The position numbers were made by a program, and so were the translations under genes. A stretch of 63,430 nt of DNA, filler included, from Chiloscyllium plagiosum (taxonomy: Eukaryota): the NCBI RefSeq assembly GCF_004010195.1. It is 4 parts of one record of this genome, joined end to end, with 100 filler letters (N's around TTAATTAATTAA, not from the genome) between each part and the next. Parts side by side here need not be neighbours in the genome. Positions count along the whole stretch, not along the records: positions 24,417 to 51,380 come from NC_057716.1; 3 more parts are not named here. One strand, written 5' to 3'. The notes beneath the pieces are model-generated. The model saw only the letters and a program-made list of their open reading frames with translations. It was not told the origin of the DNA and ran no database searches. Shown here piece after piece: positions 36,621 to 48,664 of this stretch (within the stretch, counting starts at the first letter, position 1; every line of letters starts with the position of its first letter).

Positions 36621-39600
36621 AATGTCCCTCTGAGACAGCCAAGAAGTGGTAAGATAAAGGTGGAGCTTCTCGTCAAAAGGAAGAAGGTAGCGTACATAAG
36701 GTGGCGGAAGCTAGGGTCAAGCTCAGCTCTACAGGATTACAGGCAGGGGAGGAAGGAGCTTAAAAATGGTCTGAGGAGAGCCAGGAGGGGGCACGAGAAA
36801 GGCTTGGCAGAACGGATTAGGGAGAACACAAAGGCATTTTACACTTATGTGAGGAATAAGAGAATGGTCAAAAAAAGAGTAGGGCCGATCAGGGATAGCA
36901 TAGGGAACTTGTGTGTGGAGTCTGTGGAGGTAGGGGAAGCCCTAAATGAGTTTTTTGCTTCTGTCTTTACGAAAGAAACAAACTTTGTAGGGAATGAAAC
37001 CTTTGAAGAGCAGGTGTGCATGCTGGAATGGATCGAGATAGAGGAAGCTGATATGCTGAAAATTTTGTCAAACATTAAGATTGACAAGTCACCAGGTCCA
37101 GACCAGATTTGTCCTCGGCTGCTTTGGGAAACGGGAAATTCGATTGCTTCGCCACTTGCGAAGATCTTTGCATCCTCGCTCTCCACTGGAGTCGTACCTG
37201 AGGACTGGAGAGAGGCAAATGTAATTCCTCTCCAAGAAAGGAAATAGGGAAATCCCCGGCAATTACAGACCAGTCAGTCTCATGTCTGTCATCTGTAAGG
37301 TGTTAGAAAGGATTCTGAGGGATAGGATTTATGGCCATCTGGAAGAGTGTGGCTTGATTAAATGCAGTCAACAGGGCTTTGTGAGGGGCAGGTCATGCCT
37401 CACAAACCTTATCGAGTTCTTTGAGGATGTGAATAGAAAAGTTGATGAGGGTCGAGCTGTGGATGTGGTGTATATGGATTTCAGCAAGGCATTTGATAAG
37501 GTTCCCCATGGTAGGCTCATTCAGAAGGTCAGGAGGAATGGGATACAGGGGAACTTAGCTGTCTGGATACAGAATTGGCTGGCCAACAGAAGACAGAGAG
37601 CGGTCGTAGAAGGAAAATATTCTGCCTGGAAGTCAGTGGTGAGTGGTGTTCCACAGGGCTCTGTCCTTGGGCCTCGATTGTTTGTAATTTTTATTAATGA
37701 CTTGGATGAGGGGATTGAAAGATGGGTCAGCAAGTTTGCAGACAACACGAAGGTTGGAGGTGTCGTTGACAGTACAGAGGGCTGTTGTAGGCTGCAGCGG
37801 GACATTGACAGGATGCAGAGATGGGCTGAGAGGTGGCAGATGGAGTTCAACCTGGATAAATGCGAGGTGATGCAGTTTGGAAGGTCGAATTTGAAAGCTG
37901 AGTACAGGACTAAGGATAAGATTCTTGGCAGTGTGGAGGAGCAGAGGGATCTTGGTGTGCAGGTACATAGATCCCTTAAAATGGCCACCCAAGTGGAAAG
38001 GGTTGTTAAGAAAGCATATGGTGTTTTGGCTTTCATTAACAGGGGGATCGAGTTTAAGAGGTTGGAGGAAAGTATAGAGGGGATGTCAGAGGCGGGTTCT
38101 TTACACAGAGAGTTGTGAGAGCATGGAATGCGTTGCCAGCAGCAGTTGTGGAAGCAAGGTCATTGGGGACATTTAAGAGACTGCTGGACATGCATATGGT
38201 CACAGAAATTTGAGGGTGCATACATGAGGATCAATGGTCGGCACAACATCGTGGGCTGAAGGGCCTGTTCTGTACTGTACTGTTCTATGTTTAATTGTTT
38301 ACAAAATACCGCTTGATTTTAATAAAGGAGTTATTTTTAAGCTTATTTTTAAAAAGCTTAGTGAACATTTATTTTACTCCAGATATCTGTCTGAAAGAGA
38401 AGACAAATGGAGCATTTTGGTGATTTCGTAAATGTTTTATTCAGCAGTGGGGCTGGACTATCAGCATTTCCTCTAATTTTCTTGCCAACTGAACAGGCCC
38501 CTGAAGTCTGTGCACAGCAGTGATTTCCATCATTGTGTACAGAACATTGGAGTGAGTGCAGTAGGAGGAATGTTGTTAATGACCAACACACCACTTTCAT
38601 CAGAGTCATGGCAGAAGTGAACTTGTAAAGAGCAGAGTCTTCGGGTACCTCAGGCAGCACTGCGTCAATCAAGAAATCAAAACTTAGTCTTTATAAAATT
38701 TGTTTTGAAGATGGTGCCAAAATGTGACAATCTCTTTTGAATAAAATGGGGGAAAGAAGTGGGTCAATTCACTGGTTCTGAATTCTGCCTGACAACAAGC
38801 TATGTTGGTTTTTGAGATCACTGAGGGCAGAGGTAAATTCCATTAAACAACAAACAAGTCAATAGTAATCGGGAGGTATGAAGTTAAAGCCCCAGCCTGA
38901 TCAGCCATGATTTTCCTGAATGGCTAGGCAGGCTGGAAGGTCCTCATGGTACATTCCTGTTCCAAATTCATATGCACATTCATATACTAAAATAGGTCTA
39001 AGGCTGTCTTACTGCAAACAAAGTATGAGATTCTCACCGAGAAACAATGACCAGGGCAGCTTTACCAATTGTTGATATACCGTTTAAATCCAAGTCACCA
39101 AATGGTGTTAGAAATGTCAGGTTTTGTAAACAGTTGTGCTATGAAATAGGCCACGTGATCCCAAGATATGGGACAGCAAGGTTTTAAAGCATAATTAATT
39201 AGTATTTCTAACTTGGTACAAAGTGTGTGTGTTTTACATTGTTGAGGAGAGGGGTCCACATCAAGTCACTATAGTATTGGCTCAGAGGTTTCTTAAGTTG
39301 TCCCTGAACTTCACAGGCGAGCCTGAAACAACCTGGGAGGTGACAATGACAAAGAAAAGGCAGATAATGGCAGCTAAGCACAGAAAATGCTAGCCCTTTC
39401 AATCACCATGTGAAACATGGGTGGGAGTTTGTGCTCAGGTTGTAGAGGTTGGCTTGATATGTCCAGCTTGGCCAGAGGAAAGAATGTCCAATTCAGATCT
39501 CACTGTGAAAGACAGTTCAGGGATTAGAAGTTATCTGATTGGAAAAACAAACAATCCTCTAAGAGCTAAGAAACACTTTAGACTGAATGAAATGTTCGCT

Positions 39601-39668
39601 TAAGCGTCTTTGAATCATGTTCAAATAACGACCGAAATCAGTGAGTGGCAAAAATAGCCTCTTTATTC

Positions 39669-40308
39669 CTGATTTGGAGATGGCAGCGTTGGTCTGGAGC
39701 GTACAAAGTTACAAATCACACAACACCAGGTTATAGTCAAATAGGTTTAATTGGAAGCACTAGCTTTCAGAGCACCGCTTCTTCATCAGGTGATTATGGA
39801 GTACACAATTATAAGACACAGAATTTAGAGCAAACGTTTACAGTGTGATGTAACTAAAATTATACATTGAAAAATCCCTTAATTGTTTGTCTAGTGTCTC
39901 ATCTGTTAGAATGACCATGTTAGTTTAACTTCTTTCATATGTAAATCACAAGACTCTTTTTAGAAAGTTACATTCTCAGGTTACAGCACACAGGGGGCTA
40001 ACACCTTCAACACATTATCTGGGCTGACACCAATTGTTAAAGTTAACCTGAGAATGTAACTTTTAAAAAAGTTTACATAAGAAAGAAGTGAAACTACCAT
40101 GGTCATTCTAACAGATGAGAGACTTAAACAATCAAGGTATTTTTCAATGTATAATATCAGTTACATAACACTGTAAACTTTTGCTATAAATTCTGTGTCT
40201 TACAATTGTGTCCTCCACAACCACCTGATGAAGGAGCAGCGCTCCGAAAGCTAGTGCTTCCAATTAAACCTGTTGGACTATAACCTGGTTTGTGTTATTT
40301 TTAATTTG
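39669..40308. mobile_element. Foldback P2 element (~270-bp inverted arms)
   Basis: 39705-39983 is the reverse complement of 40044-40308; each arm has a hammerhead motif. Confidence 0.85.
40222..40256 (+). ncRNA. Minimal hammerhead ribozyme motif (family P2), intact
   Basis: CAC-CUGAUGA-A-GGAGC(agc)GCUCC-GAAA-GC-UA-GUG: helix I CAC/GUG, 5-bp helix II, palindromic AGCU helix III. Confidence 0.8.
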
Positions 40309-40309
40309 T

Positions 40310-41001
40310 TATTCACCAATCACAGCACATATTTGAGGCGGCAGTAGAATCCTTAAATACAGTTCTTACTACAGCCTCTTTATACACAGTTCTTACATAT
40401 ATTAAAACTCCGTTTTTTTTATTGATAGTACACAAAGGTTTAAGAGGCTTCTGTCCTGGGAAGCAGGAGATGGGTTAAAACATGTGCTAAGTGCTGGCTG
40501 TTACTTCTGATCGGATTAAGGATGTCTATCCAGTCTGCTTGCACATTTAAGAAGTGTTAAGTCTTTTAAATTTGTAAATGTTAGTAAAAATTATAGGCCT
40601 ATATGCTCTAAATAGATTGGAAATTGTACTTGTACTTAATAAAGAATAAAGGATATTAAACTGATTACTGCAGCTGTGTGGTGAGATTTATTTATTATTT
40701 GCTGGTATGAGTTTCATTCATTTATGCAATTTCATGGAAGTGCTGTTTTGTCAGTTTCTTAAAGGGATAATGGCCCAGTTAAAAGGTATTTAACAGGTAC
40801 TTACTAAGTGGGGAATCTATTCAGGACCAGATGATGTTTGTTAAGGGCTGATTAATATTCTAATGTTTTGTGCGGACTTGATGAGGATGGTATTTTTCTG
40901 TCTGCTACACTTAGTCAGAGGTAAACACTGCGAAAATGTAGTAAAATATAGCGAGCTGGTGAGTGAGTTAATAAAGATAACTTACAACACAATATCTCAC
41001 A
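40310..41001 (-). mobile_element. Putative 3' LTR of an endogenous retrovirus
   Basis: Begins TG right after the purine tract AAAAGGGAGGA (41003-41013, minus); partial diverged direct repeat at about 44226-44379. Confidence 0.65.
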
Positions 41002-43320
41002 GTCCTCCCTTTTGATTCTACTGAGGCCTTTTGAAGAGAAGCACACAATTCTTATCCTGACTTACATACTTTTAACAGTTTGCCAATGACAATTTACGAA
41101 AAGAAAACACACACAGTTAGAATAACAATAACATCCTAGTGGTCAGATTTACCTGTACTGAAGAACATGTGGAAAAACTGGCAAAAACTAAAGAAACACA
41201 AGCAGCTCAAGCAACAGCAACTGGATTATTTTAAAGTAAGGGTTAGTTATGCAGCTCTTTGCAAAAGTAAGTGCTTTATTCTCATCACTTTACTGGGCTG
41301 TTCATGAAAAAATATGGCAGAGAAAATAAACACATGCGCGAGGCATTGCTTCTGTCTTTCTATCGCAACACTGAGTTCACGGAAACTGACAAATGGTCTT
41401 GTGGTTGTAGAAGCTGTTAGGGACCCTGTTTAATACTGGGATTTCATATATTTATGTGATGGTAAGGTTTAGTCCTTCTCAGTTTAACCTGCAATTTGCA
41501 GAATGTAGAGATTAGTTTGTTTAGATAGCAGACTCATCAAGATTATAGATTTAAACAAACTCTCCGGTAGGAGCACAGTTTCAGATCACTTATCCGAATG
41601 AAATCGTGCCCACCCATCACGTTTGGATAATCGAGGTTCCTCTGTATATTGCGAGATACCGGTTTGATGTGAGAGGCATGAATCCAGGGCTCCTTTTCTT
41701 GGACCTTGATAGCAGACTGGGTGATCAGTACCTGGTATGGTCCTTCCCACTTCACACCTCAGTGTTGCTTGTGGGTCTTTTTCACAAGAACTGGCGCTGT
41801 GAGGCAGCAGTGCTAACCACTGTGCCACCGTACCGCCCACAGACTGGGTGATCAGTACCTGGTATGGTCCTTCCCACTTCACACCTCAGTGTTGCTTGTG
41901 GGTCTTTTTCACAAGAAACCACTCTCCTGTTACATTGCCGTGTCCAGCTGTGAGGAAGCAGAAACTTAGAGCATCGGTTGATACCTGACAGTAAGAAAAT
42001 AAGATGACAGTCTGCAGTGTAGCAGGGGTCTTTGTAAAAGTTGGCAGACTGTTCCTCTGCTGCTCCACGGGCTTCAGCCAGGGCCTGTAATTCTGTTGGC
42101 TGTGCAGATGTTCCAGTGGGTAGGCTTTGTAATGTTATGACAGTGCTGAATGCCTTTTGCATCGGCACACTGGGCTGTTAGAGATACTGTGGGTTTTCAT
42201 CAAGGTCCCTTTTTCCTGTTTGGTACAAGGTGGAGATATTCTTGTAGAAGTCACAGGTTCCATTTTCAGTAGCCCACAGTCATCCTTGTTTTTAGCTCAG
42301 ATGGGGTGATATTTTGATGCTTCCCTTTGTAGGGTTCTGATGGACCACCTTATCTGTCCATCATCAAAATGTAAAGAGGAATTCAACTGGGTGAGGATAT
42401 CCATTCGGAGGACCATCTGGATTACAGGTCCTACCCATACAAAGGTTACTAACTCGTGATGGCCGAATTCAAGGTGTATGGGTTTGGTCCATTTGATTCC
42501 AATCCTGTCAGCTTCTGCTCCATAAGCTGGCCTCACTGTCCTGTCTAGCGGGAGTATGGTCTCATACCTCTCGGGTTGGCATGTCAAGTCTGCTCCTGGT
42601 TCCAAAAGGCACTCAGTGTCCAAGTCGCCCAGCCTCATGTTCATTTACAGTCCATCTCCCCTCTGCTGGCATAAAGCCAGTGGGAGTGTAGAGGAGGCAT
42701 GGGGTGGGCTCTTTCAATTTTTTGTCAACTTTAACAGGTCCTGCTGCTGCTGAATGGTTAGTTTTTTAAACTGTTCTCAGGGATTGGTTATACTCCCAGC
42801 TCCAGGGGTCTCTTCCTCATTATTTCTTTGGTGATTTCTCCCTGAAGAAGGGCTTATGCCCGAAACGTTGATTCTCCTGCTCCTCGGATGCTGCCTGGCC
42901 TGCTGTGTTTTTCCAGCACCACATTTTTCAGCTCTGATTTCTCCCTTTTCCTTTTTGCCAGCACTCCCTGGCCCAGTGGCATTCCTTCCCACAGAAATAA
43001 CACTTCCCTGGATATTTGTCTTGGTTCTTCCTGGGCCTCTGTTTCATTTGTCCTACGTGAAGGGCTCACAATTCGGTTGAGCTGGTGGGCTCGGTCCACC
43101 AATTCATAGTAATTAGTCCCCCTCTGGTCCCAATCCGTTTTGGTGAGCTTTAACATTTTAGTGAGCTCAGGTTTAAGTCCAGCCACAAAAGCAGACTTCA
43201 GCAGGACATAATCACAACCTTCAAAATCTCCTGTCATCCTACACATTTAGGACTCCTGCATATTCTTTCCAGGTCATTCTAAACCTTTCCGCATATTCTG
43301 TGACCTCTTCTGTGGGTTTG
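41002..43320 (-). mobile_element. Decayed endogenous retrovirus internal region (gag-pro-pol remnants)
   Basis: EEVTEYAERF (MHR-like), CYFCGKECHWAREC knuckle (~42961-43002), LLEPGAD..VLRMDIL protease, SAQPTELQAL..NFYKDPCY RNase H, WEGPYQVL..WIHASHIK integrase C-terminus; RT and integrase cores deleted. Confidence 0.85.
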
Positions 43321-43812
43321 GATGTGAGCATAAGAGGTAGAGTTAGTAAGTTTGCAGATGACACCAAAATTGGAGATGTAATGGACAGCAAAGAAGATTA
43401 CAACAGGATCTGGACCAGATGGGCCGAGGAGTGACAGATGGACTTTAATTCAGATAAATGCGAGGCACTGCATTTTGGGAAAGCAAATCTTAGCAGGACT
43501 TATACACTTAATGGTAAGGTCTGAGGGAGTGTTGCTGAACAAAGAGACCTTGGAGTGCAAGTTCATAGCTCCTTGAAAGTGGAGACGCAGGTAGGTACGA
43601 TAGTGAAGAAGGCGTTTGGTATGCTTTCCTTTATTGGTCAGAGTATTGAGTACAGGAATTGGGAGATCATGTTGCGGCTGTACAGGACATTGATTAGACC
43701 ACTGTTGGAACATTGCATGCAATTCTGGTCTCCTCCCTATCAGAAAGATGTTGTGAAACTTGAAAGGGTTCAGAAAAGATTTACAAGGATGTTGTCAGAG
43801 TTGAAGTGTTGA
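43317..43812 (+). mobile_element. CR1 RT fragment
   Basis: KFADDTK, LEHCMQFWS. Confidence 0.9.
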
Positions 43813-43814
43813 GC

Positions 43815-44225
43815 CACGGGGTGGTTCGGTTGGTTTTAGGAATGAGGAAAGTGTGCCCAGCAGGCTAAGATAAAAGGTAGGGAGGCCCCATGGCTCAACA
43901 CTTCAAGTCCCCCTCCCAATCCACCAAGGACATGCAGGTCCTTGGACTCCTCCATCGCCAGACCATAGCAACACAACGGTTGGAGAAAGAGCGCCTCATC
44001 TTCTGCCTAGGAACCCTCCAACCACATCACCTTGACCTCCTTTCACCTATCGCATTTCCAATGCCCCTCCCCCAAGTCCCTCCTCCCTATCTTTTATCTT
44101 AGCCTGCTGGGCACACTTTCCTCATTCCTGATCTCCTGTTCCTTGGATGCTGCCTGACCTGCTGCGCTTTTCCATCAACACATTTTCAACTCTGATCTCC
44201 AGCATCTACAGTCCTCACTTTCTCC
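43815..44225 (+). mobile_element. Penelope-like 3' fragment with short inverted 5' duplication
   Basis: AQHFKSPS..RLEKERLIFCLGTLQP; 43840-43887 is the reverse complement of about 44080-44129. Confidence 0.8.
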
Positions 44226-44379
44226 TCACAGTTATTACAGTAGCCTTTTTATACTAAGTTCTTGGATATTTTAAATTTCCATGACTATGGTGTTACATTT
44301 TTTTAAATCTATAATACACAAAGGCTTGAGGGGCTTCTGTCCTGGGAGACAGAAAATTAAGAATATCTGCTAAGTGCTC

Positions 44380-44725
44380 AAAGTTAAAAATCACAATACC
44401 AGGTAATAGGTAAAAACAAGGACTGCAGATGCTGAAAATCAGAGTCTAGATTAGAGTGGTGCTGGAAAAGCACAGCAGGTCAGGCAGCATCCGAGGAGCA
44501 GGAAAATCAATGTGTCAGGCAAAAGCCCCTCTATTCCTGATGAAGAGTTTTGCCAGAAACATTGATTTTCCTGCTCCTCGGATATTGTCTGACCTGCTGT
44601 GCTTTTCCAGCACCACTCCAATCTAAACACCAGGTAATAATCCAACAGGTTTAATTGGAAGCACGAGCTTTCGGAGCGCTGCTCCTTCATCAGGTGGTTG
44701 TGGAGCAGCGCTCCGAAAGCTAGTG
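44380..44725. mobile_element. P2 element containing an inverted P1 pair
   Basis: P1 arms 44410-44625 flanked by accaggtaata; intact minus-strand P2 hammerhead at about 44662-44696. Confidence 0.85.
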
Positions 44726-45419
44726 TCAGCCACTAGAAATACAAACGGCTTTTTTAAAAGCCATTAGTCTCTATGCGGATTGTAACACTTACCTAGAAGG
44801 TCATGCCTGCATCGATTCCAGCAAGCTTAGAATTAGGAGAAAAGCATCTGCATCTTCTGCACACCACTTCAGAGGGAGTGAAGATGGATGGCACAAAGGC
44901 AGAAAAATTGAGATGGAGCTAGTCAATAATAATGGATGCCATTTGTGACTTTGAAGAGTGGGGGGTCTGAGTAGTGGAAGGGTAGGTCTGAAGCCAGCTT
45001 ACAGAGATTTCCTAAGAGTTGCAAGTAGTCAGTCAAAAAGGTATCCAAGACTTGAAGGTATAAATACAAGAAAAGATTTGAATATAAGTAATAGTTTTAG
45101 AAGTGAAAAAAAATTGAGGTCAGTTTTCTTAAAGGGAAGTGATTACAGCAGTGAAAATATTGGGTGTTTAAGAACTGGGATGGGAATAGGTTGCAATAGA
45201 TGCATTTATGTAGTGTGTCTAACATAGTCAGGCATCAAAAGAATGTGTAGAGGTGGTTTATGGCAGTGTTATGTTGAGTGCAGATGTGGACCCAATGAGT
45301 AATAAGGCAACAGTTATTGGTGGCTGAAAATGAAATTTGTCACAGTCCTACCTGTCCCTGGTGTTGCGAAGAATCTGACTGGCCTCATTGCTATGGAATG
45401 CTCCAAGTAGTTAGGTTAG

Positions 45420-45925
45420 AGTCATAGAGATGTACAGCATGGAAACAGACCCTTCTGTCCAACCCGTCCATGCAGACCAGATATCCCAACCCAATCTAGT
45501 CCCACCTGCAGCACCCGGCCCATATCCCTCCAAACCCTTCCTATTCATATACCCATCCAAATGCCTCTTAAATATTGCAATTGTACCAGCCTCCACCACT
45601 TCCACTGGCAGCACATTCCGTACACGTACCACCATGTGTGAAAACGTTGCTGTGTAGGTCTCTTTTATATCTTTCCCCTCTCACCCTAAACCTAGGCCCT
45701 CTAGTTCTGGACTCCCCCACCCCAGGGAAAAAGACTTTTCTATTTATCCTATCCATGCCTCAATTTTGTAAACCTCTATAAGGTCACCCCTCAGCCTCCA
45801 ACGCTTCAGGGAAAATAGCCCCAGCTTGTTCAGCCTCTCCCTGTAGCTCAGATTTTCCAACCCTGGCAACATCCTTGTAAATCGTTTCTGAACCCTTTCA
45901 AGTTTCACAACATCTTTCCGATAGG
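45420..45925 (-). mobile_element. CR1 3' end, cut by the GC-rich block
   Basis: Tail gtcatagag; RT C-terminus up to YRKD. Confidence 0.93.
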
Positions 45926-46440
45926 CGCGCGGGGGAGACAGACGCGGCGCGCGGGGGAGACAGACGCGGCGCGCGGGGGAGACAGACGCGGCGCGCGGGG
46001 GAGACAGACGCGGCGCGCGGGGGAGACAGACGCGGCGCGCGGGGGAGACAGACGCGGCGCGCGGGGGAGACAGACGCGGCGCGCGGGGGAGACAGACGCG
46101 GCGCGCGGGGGAGACAGACGCGGCGCGCGGGGGAGACAGACGCGGCGCGCGGGGGAGACAGACGCGGCGCGCGGGGGAGACAGACGCGGCGCGCGGGGGA
46201 GACAGACGCGGCGCGCGGGGGAGACAGACGCGGCGCGCGGGGGAGACAGACGCGGCGCGCGGGGGAGACAGACGCGGCGCGCGGGGGAGACAGACGCGGC
46301 GCGCGGGGGAGACAGACGCGGGGCGCGAGGGAGAGAGAGAGGCAGGGCGCGAGGGAGAGAGAGAGGCAGGGCGCGAGGGAGAGAGAGAGGCAGAGCGCGA
46401 CGGAGACAGACACAGAGCGCGACGGAGACAGACAGACAGA
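45924..46440. repeat. GC-rich 22-bp minisatellite (~18 copies) with degenerate 22-24 bp units
   Basis: Unit ggcgcgcgggggagacagacgc. Confidence 0.97.
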
Positions 46441-47081
46441 CGTTCACTGGCTTATGGGTCTCTCACTCTCACACACAGAGACAGGGAGGTGGAGGGAGAC
46501 ATCTCCCTCACCCCTGTCAGCTGAACCTCCCTCTCCCACCTCCAACCCCCATTTCAGATGGGCCAGGGGCAGAGAGATTACCCCCTCAGGGAGGTGGTGG
46601 CGCCGGGCGCGTTGCCATTTCTAAACCAGCCCCCGGTCAGCATCAGGGTCAGCCGCCAAGGAGAGCCCGCCAGGGAGAGCCCTCCAGGGTTTCTCCCCAA
46701 CACAGGAACGGCCACTTCCTCCGTCTGAGGAATCCGGTTTGGCGCTCTCCAACGCGCCGTGCCCCGGGCTTCCTTTCCGGCAGGTCAGTGTGGGAAATGG
46801 ATACCTCAGCCCTGCCCACTCACCACCCAGGGGCAGGGGTCCGATGATGCTGCACCACATGCCCACTCGAGGGTAGGAGGAGGGGGGAATAGCAGGCCCT
46901 CATTGAGACCGCTCTGTCGCTCCAAGACAGGGTCCGCGTTTCGTGCCCCACGTCCGGCACAGCACGGAAAGGGACCCTTTGAACTAACCTGGCTGTGCCC
47001 AGCAGCGGTAAGGGACGCGGTTAACCAGAGGAGTAACGCGCAATTGTGGCAGTGAGGGGAACGTGGTGTCAGGAGGTGGGA

Positions 47082-47641
47082 GACGCACAGACAGACACGC
47101 GCACACAGACGCGCACACACACAGACGCGCACACACACAGACGCGCACACACACAGACGCGCACACACACAGACGCGCACACACACAGACGCGCACACAC
47201 ACAGACGCGCACACACACAGACGCGCACACACACAGACGCGCACACACACAGACGCGCACACACACAGACGCGCACACACACAGACGCGCACACACACAG
47301 ACGCGCACACACACAGACGCGCACACACACAGACGCGCACACACACAGACGCGCACACACACAGACGCGCACACACACAGACGCGCACACACACAGACGC
47401 GCACACACACAGACGCGCACACACACAGACGCGCACACACACAGACGCGCACACACACAGACGCGCACACACACAGACGCGCACACACACAGACGCGCAC
47501 ACACACAGACGCGCACACACACAGACGCGCACACACACACACACAGACGCGCGCACACACACACACGCGCACGCACACAGACGCGCACACGCACACAGAC
47601 GCGCACGCACACACAGACGCGCACGCACACACGCGCGCACA
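47082..47641. repeat. 16-bp (CA/CG) minisatellite
   Basis: Unit acagacgcgcacacac. Confidence 0.97.
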
Positions 47642-47883
47642 CCGCCAGCCCTGCCTCAGCATTTGACCGATGATCCACTGGCCGCTCCGAGAGCAATGAC
47701 GGCCCTTCCTGAGGGTCACCACGCTGCACACGACAGGCACACACAAGGGTGAGAAGATGGTGGGACCCCCCCTGGGCTGGGTAGGGACACAGCATGAGGG
47801 AGGGGTTAGGGAAGGCCCATGGTTCTGCTCCCCTCAGTCTCTGCAGCCACCGACACAGCCCAGAAAGGTGGCCCGTCCTTTGC

Positions 47884-48086
47884 TCACTGGAACATTCCTT
47901 TGAAGCGAAATTTTTCCTCTTTGTCTTTCTCCCGGATCCTGTCCTCGATGGCCTTCAGCTCCCGGCTGACCAGCGGAGCCAGGCTCGGGTCCAGCCTCAC
48001 CACCGTCGCCAGGTCCTTCCGGGCCTCCACGTCATTCCACACCGCTCCCTGGGCCTTCCCACGCTTAAAGTAGGCCTTCACATTAT
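47884..48086 (-). CDS. AIP: Last coding exon of aryl hydrocarbon receptor-interacting protein (TPR3 and C-terminal helix)
   Basis: (D)[66 protein letters not shown], close to the vertebrate AIP C-terminus and closer than to AIPL1; acceptor ttccag|AT in phase 1. No other AIP exon recognised in the window. Confidence 0.92.
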
Positions 48087-48166
48087 CTGGAACCGAGCAC
48101 AGCAGGGCAACACACGGTCAATACAGGCCCTCCGACAGTGCCCGCTCCCTCAGCACTGACCCTCCG

Positions 48167-48285
48167 AGAAATTCCTCCCCATCTAAACCTTTAACACTAT
48201 GGCAGTCCCAGTCGATGTTTGGAAAGTTAAAATCCCCTACCATAACTACCCTATTATTCTTACAGATAACTGAGATCTCCTTCCA
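48167..48285 (-). mobile_element. CR1 endonuclease fragment
   Basis: GDFNFPNIDWDCHSVKGLDGEEF on the minus strand. Confidence 0.9.
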
Positions 48286-48299
48286 TATCAGCTGTCCTT

Positions 48300-48600
48300 T
48301 GAGGAGAAATTTGCAAAGAAAACATCTTTGACCACAAGTCCATCAGGAAGTGGTCAGCATGTAGTGTTCTCAAGACCCTGAAGGAAAAGGAGGGTGGATC
48401 TTGTTGCATGGTCCCCTGAGCAGACTGTCATCTAGCAGAATGCCTCATCACCAGAACTTTCCAACAAGCGTCAAGGCAATGCTTGGCTGGTGGAGAGAAG
48501 GGCACTACATGAGAGATCCTTCTCGTATGCCCAGTCTGTCTGTACACTGCACATTTCATGTGAAGTGACTGCGGGGTGGGGGTGGGAGTGGGGTTGAGAC
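48300..48600 (+). mobile_element. Tx1/L1-clade non-LTR fragment
   Basis: QNASSPELSNKRQGNAWLVERRAL resembles the region before the zf-RVT of Tx1 elements. Confidence 0.55.
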
Positions 48601-48664
48601 TCTCACACTGGGTACACTGGTAGAATTTGGATGGCTTCTGAAGATGTTCCAACAGTCTGGAATG

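Larger units (their letters stand above)
35476..38292 (+). mobile_element. CR1 ORF2 nearly complete, with long open RT stretch
   Basis: AITETW, GDFKFPNIDW, SDH; 278-aa RT ORF 37282-38118 with FADNTK; deletion near 38060. Confidence 0.95.

Noticed and set aside
45898..47795. Long repetitive ORFs (RAPRLSPP, CVCARL, THTDA)
   Set aside because: Stop-free translations of minisatellites.
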